NCBI GenBank assembly: GCA_965277715.1
Contig: OZ255836.1
Span: 3,168,001-3,232,000 of the forward strand
Length of the DNA: 64,000 nucleotides
DNA from: Gammaproteobacteria bacterium
GTDB taxonomy: Bacteria > Pseudomonadota > Gammaproteobacteria > JBCCGL01
Reading direction: 5' to 3'
Shown here: positions 28,357 through 35,700 of the stretch, in pieces
How the letters are laid out: each line of letters begins with the position of its first letter
Position numbering within the stretch: the first letter of the stretch is position 1
The notes under the pieces: model-generated
What the model saw: the letters and a program-made list of their open reading frames with translations, nothing else
Database searches by the model: none
What the model was told of the DNA's origin: nothing
Made by a program: the position numbers and the translations under genes

Positions 28357-31247
28357 GGATAACCCGGTATCACAGTCAAATTAGGTTGTAAGTCAACGAT
28401 ACTACCCAACTGAGGATCAACATAATGGACCGTACCACCCCTGTTCACGCCAACAATCACATGCTCAACGCCACCACTTTGTTGAATACGGACCACAGCC
28501 ACTGCACCATCACCTTGCCCTAAAAGAGTGTTGGTAACACTTGACGGCGTAGTAGCTCTACTAAACCCCCATGGTGCTGATGGAAGCAAATCATTTGGAG
28601 TGCCATAGCCAGCGGATGGTGCAGCAACTGCGTTTGGGTTTCTTCCTGTTAAGCGATCAACAGTAGCATTTACACCTGCACTTGCGCCATCAACATAATG
28701 CGGATTCACACCAGCTAGTTCAGGAAACTCATCGGTCATTGGCCGTGTACTGCCGTAAATTCTATCAACAGCACTGCCACAACGTCCACCCGCACAACTA
28801 TTTGTAGCTACTCCACTTGCAGCATTACCCGCCTCAACCTCAACCTCAACATCCGTACCCGTATCCGCAGTATTACTTACATTTTGATCATTCCCTAGAC
28901 CATCCACTTGAGCAACCTGACCATCACCCTCAAGATTAGTGCTACTATTATCCCTCGGTATATCTAGATCCGGTCCATTTGGAGCATCTGGACCATCACC
29001 CAATCCCCTCAATACACGGTCCAGCTTACCCAATCCCACTATACCTGCAAGGTATGCCCCGTAATTCTCACCCTCTTCAAACGAACCCGATAAACCACCA
29101 TTATCCAGTGTGGCAATCTCTTCCATTGCTTCATTTATTTCTTTACCAGCATTGTCTAAGCTTGTCCTTATCTGTTCCTTTTCTTCTTCCGTAACCGGGC
29201 TGCCCTCATAGATCTCGTGCAAGCGATTTAACGCACCACCCAGTTCGCTTACTACCCGTTCTGCCTCCTCTGGGTCTTCTATTAATTCGTTGATTTGATC
29301 AACTAGCGCAACCACATCTTCTATTGTCTGCTCAACCGCACCTGATGCCATTCCCAACATTTCTGCTGCACCTTGGACTGCGCTGACTGTGTAATAGAAC
29401 TGATTCGTCACCATCTCACAAGACCTTCCATCGCACGCTTCAAGATCCTCTCGCTGTTCCGCTTCCTGGGTGGGTGTCAGACGGTTATCACCCTCATCTT
29501 TATCCAATCCTTCAAACTCTGCATTGTTTTCAGCTACACGCTCACTCGTTTCAGTCCCTACACGGTTATTCTCGCTCGCCAACCCTCCTTCGTAACCATT
29601 TACCTCCAGCGCAAACTCCGTGTATTCCGCCAGGTTTTCACCGTAATTGTCCGCATAGCTTTCATTGTCCTGCGTATTATCAAGGTCTACTTCTTCCGAT
29701 TGCCTGTCTATCGCATGTGAGGTCTCGTGGCCCGCTGTGGTGATTAGTTCTTCGGTATTCTCTATGTGTTGATCATTGATATACGCATGACCCGTTTCAT
29801 CTGAGTAGTAACCTTGCACCGCCTCACCGTCCCGGCCTGCCACATCAGTATTGACTAGCCTGTTTTCGTGGCTTTCGTAGCCCAGCTCGGCCATCACCGA
29901 TGAGGTAATCTGGTTGAGCAGTTGTTCTTTCTCTGCCGGGTTTAGATTCGGGTTTTGCAGTGCATTGGCCAATGCAGGGGTGTTGGCTATTTCAGTCTTT
30001 ACCGCCTCGTAGGTGCGATGGGCTTTATCTGTTTCACTGAAAAAGTCTTCAACTCCTACGCGCTCTGTCGTGGCGATCAGTTCGATGGTATTGACGATCA
30101 TTTCCGATTTAAGAATATCCTCGGCAATCGCCGTTCTTCCTCTTTCTGTCAACAACCGCGTATCCAACGACCCACTCAACCCCTGGTGCGATTCAATGTC
30201 ATAAATCGCTACTTCGTTGTCGTCTATATCCCGGTTTAACAGCCGTGTGTTCGAGTTTTCTGCATCACCGAGAACGATTTCACCCTCGCCCACTGTTCCC
30301 AGGGTTTTGGTTTTGCTGTGTTGATTGTCATTGCTGTAGTCCAGGCTGACGGTCTGCCCAACACCCACACTCGCCGAGGTCGAGCGCGCTTCTACTGTGT
30401 TGTTCAGGCTGCCCACTTCCAGGGTGTTGGTAACTAGCGTCAGTTGTTGGTTGTCATTACCGTCTTCATCCACGGCAGCTATCGTTGCCCCTCGCAATGT
30501 CGTCGCTTCCGCCACGGTGATGTCGACTGTTTCACCCAGCAATTGGGTGTCTACGGTGTTTTTGATCACCGACCGCGCCCTGGCGTTGCTTAGCCCCGCT
30601 GAGTTGATGCCACTGCTGCTAAACCCCGCACTAGCCCCCTGGGATTGACTGCGGTCTTTGGTGCTGTTTTGCACCGAGGCCACATGCAGGGTTTGGGTGT
30701 TCAGGCTCAGGGTGTCGCCCGCCGCTATATCCGCACCTTTGATCTGCGTGGTATCTCTTGTGTTTATCGTAATGTTATTGGCCAGCAGGGAGGCGTTGGT
30801 TTGCGTGATCTCACGGCGGCTGCTACTGGCGCTGTCACTGCTCAGGTTGACACCACCCCCACTGCCCCCGTACAGGTCGATCGAGATATTGACGTTTCTA
30901 TGCTCAGTGCTGGTTTCCCGCGTTGAAAGATCCTGGGAGGCGAGGACGTTTAAGTCCTGACTGTCGATGGTGATACCTTCACCGGCTTGCAGGTGGCTAC
31001 CCTGTATCGTGGCGGTGTTGTTGGCATTGATGGTAATCGTGTTACCTGCACTCAATGTCGAGGCCACTGAACGCTGCTGGGCTTCACTCAGTTGTTCTTC
31101 CAGTACATCCAGGTCAATTTCAAGACCTGCGTTAAAACCGTAAGTGCCGCTGCTCGCCGCTGCCTTGCCCAAATGTGCGGCGGTGCCGACACACAGGCAA
31201 GCCAATAGAACAATCAACAGGTTATGACAAACAAGAGAAAGACGCAT
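28353..31247 (-). CDS. Orphan CdiA-CT cassette 1: leader, constant region, HExxH region and papain-fold (Tox-PL-like deamidase) tip
   Basis: Follows cdiA through DKDEGDN, then unique; tip has EHVIVGVNRGGTVHYVDPQ, like papain-fold toxins. Confidence 0.8.
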   Translation of the reverse strand: MRLSLVCHNLLIVLLACLCVGTAAHLGKAAASSGTYGFNAGLEIDLDVLEEQLSEAQQRSVASTLSAGNTITINANNTATIQGSHLQAGEGITIDSQDLNVLASQDLSTRETSTEHRNVNISIDLYGGSGGGVNLSSDSASSSRREITQTNASLLANNITINTRDTTQIKGADIAAGDTLSLNTQTLHVASVQNSTKDRSQSQGASAGFSSSGINSAGLSNARARSVIKNTVDTQLLGETVDITVAEATTLRGATIAAVDEDGNDNQQLTLVTNTLEVGSLNNTVEARSTSASVGVGQTVSLDYSNDNQHSKTKTLGTVGEGEIVLGDAENSNTRLLNRDIDDNEVAIYDIESHQGLSGSLDTRLLTERGRTAIAEDILKSEMIVNTIELIATTERVGVEDFFSETDKAHRTYEAVKTEIANTPALANALQNPNLNPAEKEQLLNQITSSVMAELGYESHENRLVNTDVAGRDGEAVQGYYSDETGHAYINDQHIENTEELITTAGHETSHAIDRQSEEVDLDNTQDNESYADNYGENLAEYTEFALEVNGYEGGLASENNRVGTETSERVAENNAEFEGLDKDEGDNRLTPTQEAEQREDLEACDGRSCEMVTNQFYYTVSAVQGAAEMLGMASGAVEQTIEDVVALVDQINELIEDPEEAERVVSELGGALNRLHEIYEGSPVTEEEKEQIRTSLDNAGKEINEAMEEIATLDNGGLSGSFEEGENYGAYLAGIVGLGKLDRVLRGLGDGPDAPNGPDLDIPRDNSSTNLEGDGQVAQVDGLGNDQNVSNTADTGTDVEVEVEAGNAASGVATNSCAGGRCGSAVDRIYGSTRPMTDEFPELAGVNPHYVDGASAGVNATVDRLTGRNPNAVAAPSAGYGTPNDLLPSAPWGFSRATTPSSVTNTLLGQGDGAVAVVRIQQSGGVEHVIVGVNRGGTVHYVDPQLGSIVDLQPNLTVIPGYP

Positions 31248-31493
31248 AAACAGAGTGTAACGATTGGTGAGTATTTGGCGAGTAGTTTTTCTTTTCGGTA
31301 GGAATTTACAAATATCGTTAGCGCGACCAGTGGGCCAAGTTTATCAACCGATCAATATAATACTTGCCCCTAATTTTTCTTTTGAATGCAATTAAATATA
31401 CCTGACCCCTTTTGTTAAGGAAGTGCCATTCTGCCTTGACCTCTTTTTTTTAATAGTGAATAACTGGCCTGACCCCTTTTTGGACCCCTTTTT

Positions 31494-32241
31494 GATTATG
31501 TGACGCTCATCAATGATATCGATGGAGGGCGAGTATTGGATGTAGTGAAAGTGAAAGATCGCACCCAGGCAGCGTGTGAGGAGGCGTTGGAGGTTGCGCT
31601 GACGGATAACCAGCGAGAACAGGTGAAAGCTGTCGCTATTGATAGGTGGCCTGCGTTCATTAATGCCGTTGAGGTAAAACTGTCAGACAGTGCGATTGTT
31701 CACGACCGTTTTCCTATTAGCCAACACCTGAATAAGGCGGTGGATCAGGTCCGTCGTGACGAACATAGAGACCTTTTGTCACAGGGTGATACTCGATTGA
31801 AAAAGAGTCGTTATCACTGGTTAAAAAATGAAGAAAATTTGTCTAACAAAGCAGCCGAGCACTTTGAGTCACTCAAGCATGATCAGTTATTGACAGCCCG
31901 AGCCTGGGCGATAAAAGAACTGTTTCGTGATTTTTGGACGTATAAGACAGCGGGTTGGGCAAAGCGTTTCTTTAGCGCATGGTATGCGTGGGCAATTCGG
32001 TGCCGATTGGACAGCATAAAGAAAGTGGCCAAGATGATAAAAACGCACATGCCGAACATATTGACATGGTTTAAGCACACAATAAGTAATGCCGTATCAG
32101 AGGGTTTGAATTCAAAAATTCAGACAGTCAAATCGAATGCAAGAGGGTTTCGTTCGTTTGAAAGTTACCGGCGGAGTATTTTGTTTTACTGCGGAAAGCT
32201 GGATAGGGAACCAGTGGCTTCACAATAATCGGGGAAGAACC
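31494..32241 (+). mobile_element. ISL3-family remnant (5'-truncated transposase 31500-32228 plus right end)
   Basis: VAIDRWPAF, IVHDRFPISQHLNKAVDQVRR, LKKSRYHWL, SNAVSEGLNSKIQ..ARGFRSF; end ...GAAGAACC at 32241; left part missing at a GACCCCTTTTT motif. Confidence 0.88.
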
Positions 32242-32289
32242 ATATTAGATGGATCCTTAACAACGCCATCCAAATGATCTGTAACAAGC

Positions 32290-32390
32290 AAGGGGGGCAG
32301 GCTTATTATTCACCATACAACGACTAATACGGATAAAAACAGTGATTTCCAGCAAGAAGTATAGGAAATAACTGCCTTGACCCCTTTTTT
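32290..32390. repeat. ~100-bp MITE/REPIN-like element, copy 3
   Basis: Same core as 21679-21779 with a few differences; same orientation. Confidence 0.8.
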
Positions 32391-32432
32391 CTCTTTTTTC
32401 TATGACCCCTTTTTTTTATAGCTATACTTCAT

Positions 32433-32735
32433 TCAAAAAATATAAATAACTTCACTTTCATTGAAGCCAGCTATATCTCCATAGACATCTAATATCCAAT
32501 TTTGACCTGGAGTAGTTTCATTAACTTTATAGCTATCCAGCTCTTCTGGGCTCATGGTTGCTCGAACTGTCGGCTCAAACTCTCGAACTTTGATGGAATC
32601 AATTCGGACTTGAGAGTCACTCTTAGACTGTAATACTGAACTGCTTGTGATAGTGCAATCATAGCTTCTAACTACAAACTTTCCACTATTTCCTTCGACC
32701 TCGCGAATGAGGCCTAACCAAGCTTTATTCGTCAT
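32433..32735 (-). CDS. cdiI: Putative CdiI-type immunity protein for the full-length exoprotein
   Basis: 100 aa, AT-rich, ATGA overlap with the cdiA stop. Confidence 0.72.
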   Translation of the reverse strand: MTNKAWLGLIREVEGNSGKFVVRSYDCTITSSSVLQSKSDSQVRIDSIKVREFEPTVRATMSPEELDSYKVNETTPGQNWILDVYGDIAGFNESEVIYIF

Positions 32736-35700
32736 TGATTTAACTCCTTAGCACGACGGACAAATTCATCTATCTGAGTAGAACTTAATGGCGCCGAGGT
32801 GCCACCATTTGTTATACCCAAGAGTGTATCATTTAATTGTCCTGGGCCAGAAATTTGATTAGGAATCCCTACTCCCATATCACGCAAAATCTGTGTCGCT
32901 TGATTTTGCGTAATCGTAGTTTCGGCTAAATTGACAGCCTGATTCGGTGATATATTGTCGAGCAAAACTTCAAAATCTTGTCTTAGTCCGTAGGGGTTAT
33001 TTGTTGTGGTAATGTTGGGATTGTTGGCGTCGAAAATATGCACAACACCGTCGCCAGGTGTTTCCGCAGCACACGCAGCCGAATTCGCGTAACAAGTCGC
33101 TATAGCTGGATCGGTAGATGTGGGTGTAGCCCCTGCTTGCTGAGTACCTGAACTACCTTCATAACCATCTGTTGTTCCACGGAACAGATAATTTCCATCC
33201 GCAGTTTCATCAACAATGCCCTCCAGGTCCTGATCCAACTCAGAAAACCCACCTGCCTCAGCATCCGTATTCCCCGCTCTAGTCCCTGGGTTCAGTGGAA
33301 TATCCGGTAAGTCTATATTATTAACCCTCGACAACTGCTGTGCCGCCGTTCCAGGCAGTACTATTGAGATAATCGCTCCCGTTCCTTTTAGTTGATTTTG
33401 TGTCGCTTCATCCAGCGCATTCCACTGGGCACTGACTACTTCACCTGTAATGTCATCAAGGTATTCAACACCCGCACCAATCACTTCTCCTGCACGAACT
33501 ATTTCGTCCAACACCGCCTGCGTTTCTTCCGGAAAGGCTTCATATGACAGCTTTATTCCCTCTTCACTGGCAAGCGCCAACCCTCTACTTAGCACGTCTT
33601 CACCAGCACCTATTTTCTCCAGACCTTCTACCGGGTCTCCCTCTCCTGTGCCGGTCACATACAGGGCTACAGCAGTGGCAATGGCTGCCGGGCCTGAGAT
33701 GACTAAATTATCACCCTCATCTTTATCCAACGCCGCAAACTCTGCATTGTTTTCAGCTACACGCTCACTCGTTTCAGTCCCTACACGGTTATTCTCGCTC
33801 GCCAACCCTCCTTCGTAACCATTTACCTCCAGCGCAAACTCCGTGTATTCCGCCAGGTTTTCACCGTAATTGTCCGCATAGCTTTCATTGTCCTGCCTAT
33901 TATCAAGATCTACTTCTTCCGATTGCCTGTCTATCGCATGTGAGGTCTCGTGGCCCGCTGTGGTAATTAATGTCTCTGTATCCGCAATGTACCGATCATT
34001 GATATATGTATCCCCTGTTTCATCCGAATAGTGGCCTCGTACCTGGTCACCACTTTTACCTGGTATATCCGTATCCACCAGCCTGTTTTCGTAGTTTTCA
34101 TAACCCAACTCGGCCATCACCGATGAAGTTACCTGGTTGAGCAGTTGTTCTTTCTCTGCCGGGTTTAGATTCGGGTTTTGCAGTGCATTGGCCAGCGCCG
34201 GGGTGCTGGCTATTTCAGTCTTTACCGCCTCGTAGGTGCGATGGGCTTTATCTGTTTCACTGAAAAAGTCTTCAACTCCTACGCGCTCTGTCGTGGCGAT
34301 CAGTTCGATGGTATTGACGATCATTTCCGATTTAAGAATATCCTCGGCAATCGCCGTTCTTCCTCTTTCTGTCAACAACCGCGTATCCAACGACCCACTC
34401 AGCCCCTGATGCGATTCAATGTCATAAATCGCTACTTCGTTGTCGTCTATATCCCGGTTTAACAGCCGTGTGTTCGAGTTTTCTGCATCACCGAGAACGA
34501 CCTCACCCTCGCCCACTGTTCCCAGGGTTTTGGTTTTGCTGTGTTGATTGTCATTGCTGTAGTCCAGGCTGACGGTCTGCCCAACACCCACACTCACCGA
34601 GGTTGAGCGCGCTTCTACTGTGTTGTTCAGGCTGCCCACTTCCAGGGTGTTGGTAACTAGCGTCAGTTGTTGGTTGTCATTACCGTCTTCATCCACGGCG
34701 GCTATCGTTGCCCCTCGCAATGTCGTCGCTTCCGCCACAGTGATGTCGACTGTTTCACCCAGCAATTGGGTGTCTACGGTGTTTTTGATCACCGATCGCG
34801 CCCTGGCGTTGCTTAGCCCCGCTGAGTTGATGCCACTGCTGCTAAACCCCACACTAGCCCCCTGGGATTGACTGCGGTCTTTGGTGCTGTTTTGCACCGA
34901 GGCCACATGCAGGGTTTGGGTGTTCAGGCTCAGGGTGTCACCCGCCGCTACATCCGCCCCTTTGATCTGCGTGGTATCTCTTGTGTTTATCGTAATGTTA
35001 TTGGCCAACAGGGAGGCGTTGGTTTGTGTGATCTCACGGCGGCTGCTACTGGCGCTGTCACTGCTCAGGTTGACACCACCCCCACTGCCCCCGTACAGAT
35101 CAATGGCGATATTGACGTTTCTATGCTCGGTGCTGGTTTCCCGGGTCGAGAGGTCTTGGGAGGCGAGGACATTTAAGTCCTGACTGTCGATGGTGATGCC
35201 TTCACCGGCTTGCAGGTGACTGCCCTGCACTGTAGCGGTGTTGTTGGCATTGATGGTAATCGTGTTACCCGCACTCAACGTCGAGGCCACTGAACGCTGC
35301 TGGGCTTCACTCAGTTGTTCTTCCAATACATCCAGGTCAATTTCAAGGCCCGCGTTAAAGCCGTAGGTGCCGCTGCTCGCCGCTGCCTTGGCTATCTGCG
35401 CCGCCACGGCTGTGGTTTTGGTTGCAAGGTTCGCCGCTGCCAGGGCGATGTTCGCCTGGTAGAAGGCATCGTCTGAGGCCAGGTCGTCTATATAGTCCTG
35501 GAGTTCGTCTATATCCGTCTGTTCTATCCCCAGCCGGTTGTTTTGAAGGTCTGTTTTCAGTTGCGCCAGGTGTTGCTGTTGGCGGCTCAGGTCGTCTTTG
35601 TATTGGTCGTAGCTGTCTTTGGCCTGGCTCAACTGGTCTTTTGCTTTCTTCGCCGCCTGCACTACCGGGACGATTTGCGCGTATTCGTTTTTGACAACGA

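Noticed and set aside
21900-32430. Integron gene-cassette array
   Set aside because: No intI in the window and no convincing RYYYAAC...GTTRRRY attC palindromes at the cassette boundaries
21900-35390. Diversity-generating retroelement or invertase shufflon explaining the repeated constant regions
   Set aside because: No reverse transcriptase or site-specific recombinase gene is present, all cassettes are co-oriented, and the differences are not adenine-specific
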